DNA of 64,000 nt. Source: Octopus vulgaris (taxonomy: Eukaryota). Both the position numbers and the translations under genes were made by a program. The stretch is from NCBI GenBank assembly GCA_951406725.2, contig OX597820.1:49538001-49602000 (forward strand), read 5' to 3'. The notes beneath the pieces are model-generated. The model did no database searches. It saw only the letters and a list, made by a program, of their open reading frames with translations, and had not been told where the DNA came from. Every line of letters starts with the position of its first letter. Position 1 is the first letter of the stretch. Below are positions 1 to 18,179 of the stretch, piece by piece.

Positions 1-5680
<5,680 letters not shown>

Positions 5681-6050
5681 TCAGTGCTTACATAGCCATC
5701 GACTCTTGCACTGGACAACTTCTTTCAACAAATCGTCGGACTCCCAAATGTAGTCTGATAGGCAGACAGCAAAATATATATCTGTTGCTCGCATGGATGT
5801 ATAGGCGTGCTGTCAGTCACCTTCGTATGTATAGCATATGGCTGTCTGTGTATGTGTGTGCGCGCGCGCCTGCGTTTGTGCGCGTGCGCGTATTTGTATC
5901 TCTTAAAAGTTTATACTAAACGTCTATGGATGGATTTGAAACGAGTGACGGATGCAAACAGATCTAACAGGAATTAAAAGGTGTCAAGATATCATTCCTT
6001 AATCCTTTCGCAAGTGTTTTAAGTCTTTTCACGTTAATAACGTGTATTTA

Positions 6051-6087
<37 letters not shown>

Positions 6088-6249
6088 GAAGGAGGGTGAA
6101 TGTATAATATAGTTTTGTGTGTGTGTGTGTTCGTGTGTGTGTGTGTGCGTGTGTATATGTGTGTGACTGAGCGAAAATTTTCACAAAATATAATATTTAC
6201 TCAAATATGGAGAAAAAAAAGTTAGAAATAATCTTTTTTATCAGAAAGG

Positions 6250-6280
<31 letters not shown>

Positions 6281-7577
6281 ATGATTAAAATAATAACGAT
6301 ATTTATTTATCATATATGTATATATAAAATTTAATTGTCACTGATAGTTTAGTAATTGTTATTGTAAATACTGATGTTGTGAATTTTTTATTTTAAATTC
6401 TACTAATCTCTATATAATTTTTGTGGTGTATTTATTGTTGTGTGTGTGTGTGCGCGCACATTTTGTTTTGAACTTTTTCAGTAAAAATTTCTGTTTTTTG
6501 GTATTTCAAATTTGTAGCTGTTAATATCCTTTTGTCGCTATAACAACAAATAATAACGTGGAAAAATTCAAAAGTAATGACGATAACGGTTCTAATTATT
6601 GTTGTTATCAATGCTGTTGTTGGTAATAATATTTAAGCTGTTGATATTTTGTTTGTCGTTGTATTGGTTGTTGTTGTTGAAGTCGTTGTTGTTGTTGTTG
6701 TTGTTGTTGTAGTTCGAAATATTTCGATGGTAATCCTTTCGACGAAAATGTGTCTGTTAATCCGTAATCTCTGGACGAAGTTTGACAGAAAATTAAGCTT
6801 GAAATAATATCCATGGTCAAAAATAAATAAATAAATTGAGAATAAGATAAAAAAGAAATCAGCTGAGAAATTATATATATATATATATATATATATACGT
6901 ATGTATTATGTGTGCGTATATATATACGTATGTATTATGTGTGCGTATATATGTAAACGCGTGTGTGTAATTTTTTTTTTTTTCAATTTTTCAGCCTGCA
7001 AGTGTATATCAGCTGTTTTCTGCTTAAATATATTGTTTAATATACGTAGATACCATGCGAATACTCAGAACAAATATGTACATGTGAGTTTGGTTGCGTT
7101 CAGGCGATTGTATGTCTGTGTGTGCGTGTGTGTGTGTGTGTGTGGCAGTGCCTGTATGTATGATGTGTGTTGGGAGCGAGTGTGCGTATGGATGGATCGA
7201 TAATTAAATATATATGTATGAAATGTATGTGTGTCTGTGACTGTGTGTTCGTGTGTCTGTGTGTGAGATTATAAGATCAATAACAGAAACTGTGTTTGTG
7301 TGTTCTTTTATAATTATATGTGTGTGTATGTATATTTGGAACGTGTGCGTGCTTGGTTGTATAGATTTGTGTGTTTACAGCAAGGAACGAATATATTTAA
7401 TTATATATTCTTTCATTATCCTTTCGTTTTTCTTCTTTGATTATTATTTAAAATCTCGCTTGTATTCATTTGTCTTCATTACTTTCGCAAGATTTTAAGA
7501 TATTTCCCAAAACATTATTTCTAGTTTAGTAATCGGTTGTTACAGACATAGATATGTATGTATATTATATGTATGTA

Positions 7578-7623
<46 letters not shown>

Positions 7624-7753
7624 GTATGTATATTTGTCTATGTCTTTTTTTTAATGAATTTAGGTTAAATAAATATATTGCCTATTTTGGATATGAAATA
7701 AAAATGAAAGTATTGAATATAACTTCTGCGTTTGGATACGTATATGCGTATAC

Positions 7754-7790
<37 letters not shown>

Positions 7791-8322
7791 CAGAGAGACA
7801 GAGAGTGAGTGAGAGAATGAGTGTGTAAGTGTGTGTGTCAAAGAAATACACACAGACAGATAGATAAAGAAATAGATAGAAAGATTGAGAGACAGAGAGA
7901 CAGAGAGATAGAAAGATGGATATACTGAGCGATAGACTAACAAAATGTATAAAAATGTATTAGAATCTTGTAGTTGTTACAGCTGTTGTGTTTCGAGAAG
8001 AATGATTCAGAGACAGATTTAGAAATTACAAGATTAGTACTTAACTAAAATAGCCTTGATAATAATGGTAATAATAATAATAAAATTTTCATATGATGAA
8101 GTATAACCTATGTACAGATATATCTAAATTAATATATATATATAATGATTAATTTATGTAAATGTATATGGAAATGAATTTAGAGTATGTAATTTTTTTA
8201 AATACCCAACTGTTAAATAATATATGTGTATATAATTTGCTTGATATATTTTTGTTTGTTACTCATATACGTATGTGGTATATGTGCTTGTTTAGAAAAC
8301 AGGAATTTTTTAAGATACTGGT

Positions 8323-8353
<31 letters not shown>

Positions 8354-8671
8354 GTATAAACATCCGAATATTGGAAGATATATTGCAAACTTGGTGAAGT
8401 ATTTCTTCTTCTGTAAGAACTGATTCCGCTGAGAACTGCAGATAAGAAAATTTCTGAAAATTGATTGAAAGAAGAAGAAAAAAAAATCAATAATTATATA
8501 AACAAAAGAAATGGTAATTTCAACTCAAATACATAAAGATGACAAAAATAAGTTATTAGTATTCATTTCGTATTTAAGCTAAAACTGGTCTATATTTTAG
8601 TGAAGGTATATGTAGTATTAGATGTCGGGATGGTATTTTGTTGTAATCGGAAGCGGAGTACGTGTGAAATA

Positions 8672-8699
<28 letters not shown>

Positions 8700-8718
<19 letters not shown>

Positions 8719-8870
8719 GTTACAATTATATATATATATATATAAATGTTACAATTATATATATATATATAAATGTTACAATTATATATATATATATATA
8801 AATGTTACAATTATATATATATATATATAAATGTTACAATTATATATATATATGCAAATGTTACAATTTA
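8700..8870. repeat. Minisatellite (TA)n-AATGTTACAAT, about 6 units
   Basis: Repeated AAATGTTACAATTA separated by TA runs. Confidence 0.9.
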
Positions 8871-8876
8871 TATATA

Positions 8877-8918
<42 letters not shown>

Positions 8919-9865
8919 GATAGATAGATAGATAGATAGTTAATATGTATATATAATTAGATAGTATATATAAATGTATAACAGTATCGTCTCACCTGGA
9001 GGAGCGTACCTCCTAAAGAACTGACTATATGTGAACTATTGTAAACTGCAGGATGGAATTATAGTAACTTTACGGATGTCCATAAATATCAATGATTGAT
9101 GTCGGAGATGGTGATGACGAAGATGATATTGACGATAACGACAGCGATGACGATGGATAGGCTAAAAAGTTTATGGACCTTGATGTGTTGTTTTTCATTT
9201 AGAATATGTATGTATGTATGTATGCATATATATATATGTTTGTACGCACGAATATATAAGTGTGTAGTGTGTGTGTGTGTGTTTAGAAAGAGAGCTATAA
9301 TCACGGATATGCTACAGGTACAATGATGCCTCAGATGATATGCGTGGAAGTTAGTGTGTGTGTGTCTGTGTGTGCGTGTGCGTGTGTGAGGCCAGAAAGA
9401 GAAAGGTGAAACAAAAAAGAAAAAAGTAATCAGAACGAGATATATTATTAGGAGATTAGATCTGTAATATGTATATATATATACGAGTGGTCAGAACATT
9501 AAGCTCGGGTGCCGATACGTCAGATCAATAGGTCCGGGGTATAATAATATAGAAATGTATAAGTTAATCCGGGTATATTGTCAGGCGACAGGTCGATAGT
9601 TCCGGGTGGATTTATAGCGTGGTTAGGAGCAGATCGTTTTAGACAGGAATATTATGTATATATTTATATATTATAAAATATATAATTAAAATATAATCAT
9701 ATTTTCTAGGTGTTGGATGATGTATACGTAAATCCGGGGATATATATATGTATGTATATATTATATTATATTATATATTAATCACAGAGAAAGAAATATA
9801 AAGGTTATCCACTTGTTGTTTTAGAGTTGCTCCTTACAAGAAAATATTATAAAACCCCTCAGCCT

Positions 9866-9948
<83 letters not shown>

Positions 9949-10435
9949 TATGTATTTATGTATATTTACAAATGTGTGTGTGTTTATATCTGTGTTGTGT
10001 TTGTGTATATGTTTAGATATACGTATATTTAACTACGTAAACATATAAACATATATCGGAGTAGAAATATTTATTTAATAAATTTCACAAACAATCTTCC
10101 TTCGTTTGTCTCTCTCTCTCTCTCTTTCTTCCTTTCTTTCTTTCTTTCTCTCTCTCTCTCTCTCTAGTTGTATATATATATATATATGTGTGTGTGTGTC
10201 TGCGAGTGAGTGCGTGCAGTTGTGTGTAGAAAATACTTCGTTCATTTATTAAGTATACATATTCGTAGCAGTATGGGACAGTGCATCATAATTTTTGTAT
10301 ATGTATACATGCCTGTATATATATGTGTGTGTGGGTGTATATATCTGTATGTGTATGTAACGTGCCTGTGTATATGTGTGTAATATTGGTGCGTGCGGTA
10401 GGGGTGCGCGGGTCTTCTTACTGTTTGTATGCGTG

Positions 10436-10483
<48 letters not shown>

Positions 10484-11051
10484 ATTTTTCAACACAACTC
10501 AATCGGTTTCGATCATAAAGTCCATGCGGTAAACATTACGTGTAACGATAAATACAGATGAACATATATATATATATATAAGTATATGAACGTATACGAA
10601 TTTGTGTGAATGAGTGAGTTGAGTATGTTCGCGTGTGACTACACAATTATGTGTTTGTTGTGTGGTTGTGTGATATATTTTATATATACAGTTTGTTGTT
10701 ACACGGGACGTTAAGATCTGTGTTTCAAACAGCAAGTGCGTGGTTGGAAGTTGTTTGTTCGTTCGCTAGCTATACACTGCTAACATGTTCCTCATGTTAC
10801 TGTTGCTGCTATATGTTGTTGTTGGTGTTGATTTTTGTTTGTAATCGTTGTTACAACTTGCTGTTATAGTTGTATTTACTATCTCTGATGTCACTTATTT
10901 GTAGAGGCTTCTTATCTTCTTGTCGCTTGTTTCTAGTGTTGTTATTTGTTAACAATGAATGTTGTTCAGTTTAGTTTAAGTTGCAATAGAAATAGTGAGG
11001 GCGAGAGAGAAGACCGACGTGATTGAACATGGAGGTGAAGGAAGTGGCGAT

Positions 11052-11082
<31 letters not shown>

Positions 11083-11403
11083 ATATGTGTGGCTTGTTGC
11101 TTTTCTACGCGTTAATGTTAACGTTATTGACAACTCTGGGGGGCAATTTAAAGCTGTGAAGAAGCTATATGAAGCGATAGAACATTATATGAGTGTGTGT
11201 GTGTGAGTGGATGTGTGCGAGTCGCGAGAGAAAGAGAGAGAGAGAAGCAGAAGAGGGAGACGGAAAAAAAGAAAAGAAAAGAGAGAAAAGGGAAGAAGAC
11301 AGAAATACACCTGTAGAGAGAGACAAGTAAGGTTGATAGAAAATCAGACAGTCAAACGGATAGAGATAGGTAGGTATACGTACTCACGCTATCATGGACA
11401 CAC

Positions 11404-11439
<36 letters not shown>

Positions 11440-11629
11440 GCGTACACACGCACATGTGTGTGTGAGAAAGAGAGAGAGAGAAAAGGAGAGAGTTGACAGA
11501 GGAAAAAAAAAAATCACAGTATTAGACACAGAGTGGTGGAAGGTAAGGATGACAGAGAGAGGAAAAAAGTTATACAGAAAGACTTATATATATATATATA
11601 TATATATCAGAGAGAGAGAGAGAGAGAAC

Positions 11630-11820
11630 ACAACCTGGAATCTATATGGCACTCACTACCTGCGCAACAAACACTCAGCCAGATCTAACAGTTCTTCTCT
11701 GCCGGTTGGTCTCACTATGCCATCATCTATATCGGCCCGCCAGCAGCCAGCCACTCACGTGACTACACATCGATCATTTCATTGGATAGCCGACATTCAC
11801 TACCGCCGTAGACAGCATCT
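11630..11820 (-). promoter_or_regulatory. Candidate promoter of HS3ST
   Basis: GC-richer unique island with GC box (GGCCCGCC ~11734), E-box CACGTG (~11756) and CCAAT on the minus strand (~11781), at the upstream edge of a SINE-free zone. Confidence 0.3.
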
Positions 11821-12021
11821 TAACGTTTGTATTTTACTTAGACTTTTTTCTCTAAATTTTTTTTTTTACAATGTTTCTTTTTATATATATTTTTGTTATC
11901 GTTTTGTCTTCATTTCCAGGACTTTTTTTTCTTTCTTTTTTTCTGTTTTTTTAAAAATTTACCTCTGCTACTTTTTTTTTTTGCATTCTTATCAAGTACG
12001 TCCCACATTTTTCTGTGTGTG

Positions 12022-12074
<53 letters not shown>

Positions 12075-12137
12075 ATCTATCTGTCTATCTATCTATCTAT
12101 CTTCGCAGACAAACATTTATAACAAGTGTGTAGTTAT

Positions 12138-12208
<71 letters not shown>

Positions 12209-12772
12209 CACATACACAATGCTTCAGGGACTGACTTCATGCATGGCACTTTTCACACACACACACATAACTGAATTCTTCCGCTACACAGCGACTTTCT
12301 TCTTTATCACTGTTTTATTTTTATTTTTCCAATTTTTCTTTCTTTCATTCTTACATTCATCATTTGAAAAGTTTTTTTTCTTTTCATTCTTTTTAAAGTA
12401 TCATTTATTTTCTTCCAAAAGGTTTTTGGAATTTTTTTTCTTATTACCTGTTCTTTGGCGTTGGTTTTCCCTCTTTTACTCTTTATTGTTTAATTTCTGT
12501 GTTTCCTAAAATTCTTCATCTCATTCATTTATTCAATTAATTATTAACATTACTTTTCTTTCTTTACTATTTTCTTCTTTCTCCCTCTCTAAAATTCTTT
12601 CAGTATTTCCGTCTTTCTTGCCTCATTTCGATCACCAAGAATCGATTTCTGTGTTAAAAACTTGAAGCGCATCTCTCCACCCCTCAATTACAAGGAAACA
12701 TGTGGTCGGTTTTTCATCACCGGCTTTCGATTGTTCACATGGATGAGAAATATATTCATTCGGAAAGGACAG

Positions 12773-12844
<72 letters not shown>

Positions 12845-12869
12845 ACTATTTATCTATCTATCTAACTAT

Positions 12870-12909
<40 letters not shown>

Positions 12910-12914
12910 ATATA

Positions 12915-12960
<46 letters not shown>

Positions 12961-12961
<1 letters not shown>

Positions 12962-13320
12962 CAATAATTAAGGGTTTAGCAACAAGTTGCTTCACCACAT
13001 ACCGAAAAATTTAGAAATAGCAGCCAAAAGACCATTATTTCTTTTCGCTACAAAATATGACTCCACAGATAACAATATTGTTATCTGTGGAGTCATATTT
13101 TGTAGCGAAAAGAAATAACGGTCCGGTCTTTTGGCTGCTATTTCTAAATTTTTCGGTACGTGGTGAAGCAACTTGTTGCTAAACCCTTAATAATTGTTAT
13201 AATTATATATAAAACTTCTTGTATAAGTTTTTACCGAATATGGTTCTTTTCCATACCGAAACTACTTGGTAAAATTTATTAATTATAAATTAATAATTTT
13301 TTACCCTATATCTATAATGA
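12961..13320. mobile_element. Fold-back element in (TA)n: palindrome of ~115-bp arms centred at 13076/13077 plus unique extension
   Basis: CAGATAACAAT|ATTGTTATCTG centre with no spacer; arms near-identical; homologous to 57090-57440. Confidence 0.85.
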
Positions 13321-13389
13321 TATATATATATGGGGGATGGGGCGTGTGTGTGAGTGTGCGTGTAGGTATGTATATCTTTTTTTATTTTA

Positions 13390-13601
13390 CATATTTCAAT
13401 CATTAGATTGCGGCCACGCTGAGCCACCGCCTTGAAGAGAAGTTTTAGTCGAACGAATTCACCCCACTATTTATTATTATATATATCTTAAGGCCTGGTA
13501 CTTATTCTATTAGGTCTATTTAGCCGAACTTCTTGGTTACGAGGAGGTAAGCATAACCAACACCATTTGTAAAGCGGTAGTGAAAGGGTACAAACACAAA
13601 G

Positions 13602-13669
<68 letters not shown>

Positions 13670-13835
13670 AACGCACACACACATATATATATATACAACG
13701 GACTCCCGTCAGTTTTCATCTACCAAATCCACTAACAAGGCTTGAGTAAAAGACACTTGCTCAAGGGGCCAAGCAACAGGACTGAACCCGTAGTTAGTAT
13801 GCAAACTTCTTACCACACAGCCATGCCTGCACCTT
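13390..13835 (-). mobile_element. tRNA-derived SINE family A (CORE-like, internal microsatellite)
   Basis: Similar to full copies at 20778 and 44960. Confidence 0.8.
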
Positions 13836-13871
13836 TATGTGTGTGTGTGTGTGTGTTTCTATATATACATA

Positions 13872-14065
13872 CGCTGGGCGAAATGCTTAGCGGTATTTCG
13901 CCTGTCGTTACGTTCTGAGTTCAAATTCCGCCGAGGTCGACTTTATCGGGGATCGATAAATAAAGTACCAGTTACGCACTGGGGTCGATGTAATCGACTT
14001 AATCCCTTTGTCTGTCCTTGTTTGTCCCCTCTATGTTTAGCTCCTTGTGGGCAGTAAAGAAATAT
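13872..14065 (+). mobile_element. SINE family B
   Basis: GGGCGAAATGCTTAGCGGTATTTCG...GAGTTCAAATTCCGCCGAGGTCGAC... Confidence 0.85.
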
Positions 14066-14184
14066 ATATGTATATATATATTCTTTTATTTGTTTCAGTC
14101 ATTTGACTGCGGCCATGCTGGAGCACCGCCTTTAAAAACTAGCACCCACTACAAGTGTATATATGTATGCATATCCATCCGAGC

Positions 14185-14900
14185 AGAGATGTTGTTAAGA
14201 AGTTGGCATTGCAACAAGTGGTTTCACGTTCAGTCCCAAGGTATGGCACCTCGTGCAGGCGTCTTCTACTATAGTTCCGGGCTGACCGACGTTTTGTGAG
14301 TGAATTTCGTTGATAGAAACTGTGGTAGCCCACCGAATATGTATGTTTGTGTGTCTAAACATACATATATATCTATGTGTGTGTGTATATATATATACAT
14401 ATATGTGTGTGTATGTGTGCTTATATGTATGTATATATATATGTGTATATATATGTATATGTATGTATATATAGATGTATATATGTGTGTATGTGTATAT
14501 CAACATGTGACCTCGTGAGCACCGCCAGTAATTTTTTTCCTCTGTCTTCCCTTCTCGGGATCTTTCCTTCTCCTTTGTTTCCGACGAAGAGCTCCGCTCG
14601 AAACGTTAAACCCTCCTTCTTCCCTTCTTTCCTGAGCGTCCAATAATACTTTATTTGTTCCACGTCCTCGCGTTGCTGTGTTTTTTTGTGTTTTCTTGTT
14701 TGGATTAACTATATATATACATATATGTATATATATATATGTATATGTGAGTGTGTGTGTGCGCGCGAGTGTGTTCTTGTGTTTTTACCTTAACCTGCTT
14801 CACAACAGGTGTTGGTTTGTTTACACCCCACTCTCAAACAAAGCTATTCAGTAAAATAACTCAATAAAATAAGTACCAGTTATAAAAATCGTACGTACTG
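14185..14900 (+). mobile_element. Degenerate SINE family A, split by an HHR element in its internal microsatellite
   Basis: 5' half 14185-14340 (GTTCAGTCCC...GTCTTCTACTATAG); 3' half 14760-14900 (GTTGGTTTGTTTAC...AATAAGTACCAG). Confidence 0.6.
14577..14611 (+). ncRNA. Minimal type I hammerhead ribozyme (U4C core) within a ~210-bp element (14501-14710)
   Basis: GUUU-CCGACGA-A-GAGC(UCC)GCUC-GAAA-CG-UU-AAAC: stem I GUUU/AAAC, stem II GAGC/GCUC, palindromic stem III ACGU, GUU cleavage triplet. Confidence 0.75.
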
Positions 14901-14919
14901 TGAGTATTGAGGTTCGATT

Positions 14920-15082
14920 CCAGGGGTTCTCAAACATTTTTTTTGCCTATGGACGGCTTAGATTCCTATTTTACTTAGACTTACAGCATTTTTATAATTA
15001 AATATTATTAAGAATTGTATAAAAAAAAACATAAAGTTTGTTGTGTATTATAGAAGTATAATCAATTAATTGCGAACCACTA
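14920..15082. mobile_element. hAT-like MITE remnant; related copy at ~30449-30700 in reverse orientation
   Basis: Starts CAGGGGTTCTCAA, ends TTGCGAACCACTA; internal similarity between the two copies. Confidence 0.45.
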
Positions 15083-15149
15083 GAGTAAACCCTTCAAGGT
15101 GGGGCTCCTCCTTCGCTGCTGTCCAGTGATAGAAATAAAAGATGGATGT

Positions 15150-15232
15150 TTTCTACTATAGCCTCGAGTCGACCGAGGCGTTGTTAGTGGATTTGGTAGA
15201 CGGAAACTGATAGAAGCCTGTCGAAATATATA

Positions 15233-15280
<48 letters not shown>

Positions 15281-15430
15281 GTTTACGTCCCCGTAGTTTA
15301 GCCGTCTGGCAAAAGAGACCTATAGAATAAGTAGTAGGCTTACAAATAGTAAGTTTCGGGGTCGCTTTGTTCGACTAAAGGCGTTGCTCCAGCATGGCCA
15401 CAGTCAAGTGACTGAAGCAAAAGAATAAAT
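15150..15430 (+). mobile_element. SINE family A (5'-truncated)
   Basis: TCTACTATAGCCTCG...GGATTTGGTAGACGGAAACTG...GCTCCAGCATGGCC. Confidence 0.8.
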
Positions 15431-15450
15431 GAAAGAATATGTATGTTTTT

Positions 15451-15510
<60 letters not shown>

Positions 15511-15939
15511 TCATTATCTAGGTACTAATGGAATGAAATGCTGTCTCCATATATAGGATGGTATTGTTAGTACACATGTACACAGGAGAGCGACCTGACT
15601 GACTGACTGGCATGAAAGTGATCGGCAGCAAACTCCACACTGCCTCTCACACACGGAGATACTTTGTCTCCTCACTCAGGTTTCTCCATCTCATTGGCAT
15701 CCACTCCTCAGAACCATCCCCGCTTCTCTAACATCTAAATCTCTCGTCACTTTTAATTTGTCCACCTTACCCAAATTTCTACTTCACCCAGGCATTCACT
15801 CTTCTCATTCTTTCTTACTCCAAGACTGGGGAAAATATATGAAAGTAATCGATATCTATGACTTTATCTTTTACCCTTCCGTGGTCGACAAAATAAACGA
15901 TACACCATCGTTGCTATCAACTGAAATTTGGGGCAGGGG

Positions 15940-16270
15940 ATAGCCGATTACAAAGACCTCAGTATTCAACTGGTACTCAATTTATTGACCTCGAAAGGAT
16001 GAAAGGCAAAGTCGACCTCGGCGGAATTTGAATTCAGAACGTAACGGCAGACGAAATACCTATTTCTTTATTACCCACAAGGGGCTTAACACAGAGGAGA
16101 CAAACAAGGACAGACAAACGGATTAAGTCGATAATGTCGACCCCAGTGCGTAACTGGTACTTAATTTATCGACCCCGGCGGAATTTGAACTCAGAACGTA
16201 GCGGTAGACGAAATACCGCTAAGCATTTCGCCCGGCGTGCTAACGTTTCTGCCAGCTCACCGCCTTAAAG
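15940..16270 (-). mobile_element. SINE family B with internal duplication
   Basis: AAAGGCAAAGTCGACCTCGGCGGAATTTGAA...GCCAGCTCACCGCC. Confidence 0.85.
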
Positions 16271-16350
16271 TACTGGTCAAATAATAGTGGAGATGTAATC
16301 GACTAATTCCTCCTAATACATTGCTGGCCTTGTGCCAAATTTAGAAATAA

Positions 16351-17277
16351 TTATTACTTCCGCCCAAGGCAAGACTGAAGTATCGTTTTCAGTCGCGTTT
16401 GTTTGTTTTTTTGTTTGTTTGGTTGGTTCGTTGGTTGTCCGTGGACAAGATATATCGAGAACCGCTGGATGGATTCGGATGAAACTTTCAGAGATGTTTT
16501 GCCTCATGACTGGGACAAACATTTTAGATTTTGGGATCGATACGGCACCGGACAAAGATTCTGGATTATTTTTCCGGTCTTTTTACTTAATTTTTGAGAG
16601 CTGTCGGGTTCATTTTTAGTATTCTCGTTTGTGAGAACAGTCGAGTTGAGTTCAGATATTCTCATTTTAAAAACAATCTCTGGCTAATCATTGAGAGGTT
16701 GTTGGTGTTGTCTTGGTCGAGTTTTGTGTCACAGGCGGTTTGAATTGTTTTTTGTCATGTTAGACATAAGTCATAGTAATAAATATTTGTTTGATTGATT
16801 GTTACTGTTCAAATTGTTGCTACAGTTATTTTGAATTGTTGTTTTATCCCATTGTGGAAAAATGGAGAAAACGCCAGCAGGTGGCCACAGTTATGCGGCT
16901 GCAACTGGAATAGGGATAGACGTGGAAACGCTGGAAGTACGCGAAATAAAGGTTGAACCTCGAAAAACGAAGGAATGCGAGAAGTTGCTGGAAAGAGACG
17001 GGAATACACTGAAATTAACGCCGCCAGTGGAACTAACAACCAATGCAATGAAAAGAACGGTGATATATAAGACAATGAAGATAGCAACAAGGAAAACAGA
17101 AATAGCGACAACAGAGGCTATTGAAGAATGTTTGGAGAATATAAAAAGGTTAACCACATATATAATAACAAGAGGGAGAAAGTACGCTACTGTGGTGCTG
17201 TGTCTGTCTTTGTAGTGGCCGTAGTGCCAAAATAAAGAAACATTGGCGGCGCTTTGTGCTCTCTGAGTGCTCTTATT
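16351..17277 (+). mobile_element. Helentron-associated non-autonomous (DINE-1/HINE-like) element
   Basis: 5' TTACTTCCGCCCAAGG subterminal repeat, (GTTT)n tract, 3' TTGGCGG...GCTCTCTGAGTGC hairpin end; 16351-16730 is homologous to 50259-50630. Confidence 0.6.
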
Positions 17278-17609
17278 ATTATATATGTCTAGGTAGAATT
17301 TACTTTCCGTCTTCCAGTACTGTTATTGAATAATCAACAGTTGTTTCGTCTGTTAACATGTATGACCCAGTTTCTGTGTCAGAACTCCTGATATTATTTG
17401 ACAAAATCGTTAAAATGTTGCACAAAATGCTTCGCGTTATTTGTTCGAGTTCAAATGTCGTTGAGGTCGAAATTAACTTTTTATTTCTTTTTTTTCTGAA
17501 ATCGATAAAATAAAGAAACAACCAATAATTAAGTCGATATAATCGACCAGACTTTTCAATTCAAATTACTAAGCTATGGCCAGGTAAAAGAAATTTTAGA
17601 AACAGTAGA

Positions 17610-17880
17610 TTAGCGGAATTATAACAGCGAATGACAAACTACTCAGTGGTATTTATTTCAGCTATTTACGCTCTGAGCTCAAATCCCGTCAAGTTCAACT
17701 GTGCCTTTCATCCTTTAGGAGTCGATACAATGAAGTACCAGTAACATACTGGAGTCGGAAATATCGACTACCCACCCCTAAAAATTACTGGCCAAGCAGT
17801 GAGCCGGCAGAATGCTTAGTACGCCGGACAATAATGCTTAATTGCATTTCGCCCGGCTTTACATTATGAGTTCAAGCCGT
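17610..17880 (+). mobile_element. SINE family B (degenerate, tandem)
   Basis: GCCTTTCATCCTTTAGGAGTCGAT motif and a second head. Confidence 0.7.
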
Positions 17881-17889
17881 GGGGCCCAA

Positions 17890-17963
17890 GGGCATATGGC
17901 GTAGTGGTTAAGAGCGCGGACTACTAACCCCAAGATTCCGAGTTCGATTCCAAGCAGTGACCA

Positions 17964-17997
<34 letters not shown>

Positions 17998-18171
17998 GTT
18001 GAAAAATACCTTAGGAATGAGAACCCAGGTTCGAAATTTCCCCAATAAACCTGATGAAGGCTGGAGAATATATCAATCGAAACGTTGTGTTAACAACAAA
18101 TAAGTTGAGGACAAATATCCGTCAAATGTAAATACTGTACATAATTCCTTATCTCTTAAATATAGAACTGT
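17890..18171 (+). mobile_element. tRNA-headed element with (AAT)n linker and hammerhead ribozyme
   Basis: A box TGGCGTAGTGG, B box GAGTTCGATTCC (17890-17962); CTGATGA at 18051, GAAACGTT at 18079; two further copies at 53140-53719. Confidence 0.8.
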
Positions 18172-18179
18172 ACAATAAA

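Noticed and set aside
8700-8870. CRISPR-like repeat-spacer pattern
   Set aside because: Spacers are just TA runs; eukaryotic context with no cas genes.
16862-17215. 117-aa ORF of ordinary composition
   Set aside because: Lies within a Helentron-like repeat; no recognisable domain or splice context.
17890-17962. Functional tRNA gene (also 23216, 42727, 53435)
   Set aside because: Acceptor and anticodon stems do not pair properly and each is followed by a repeat body; these are SINE heads.
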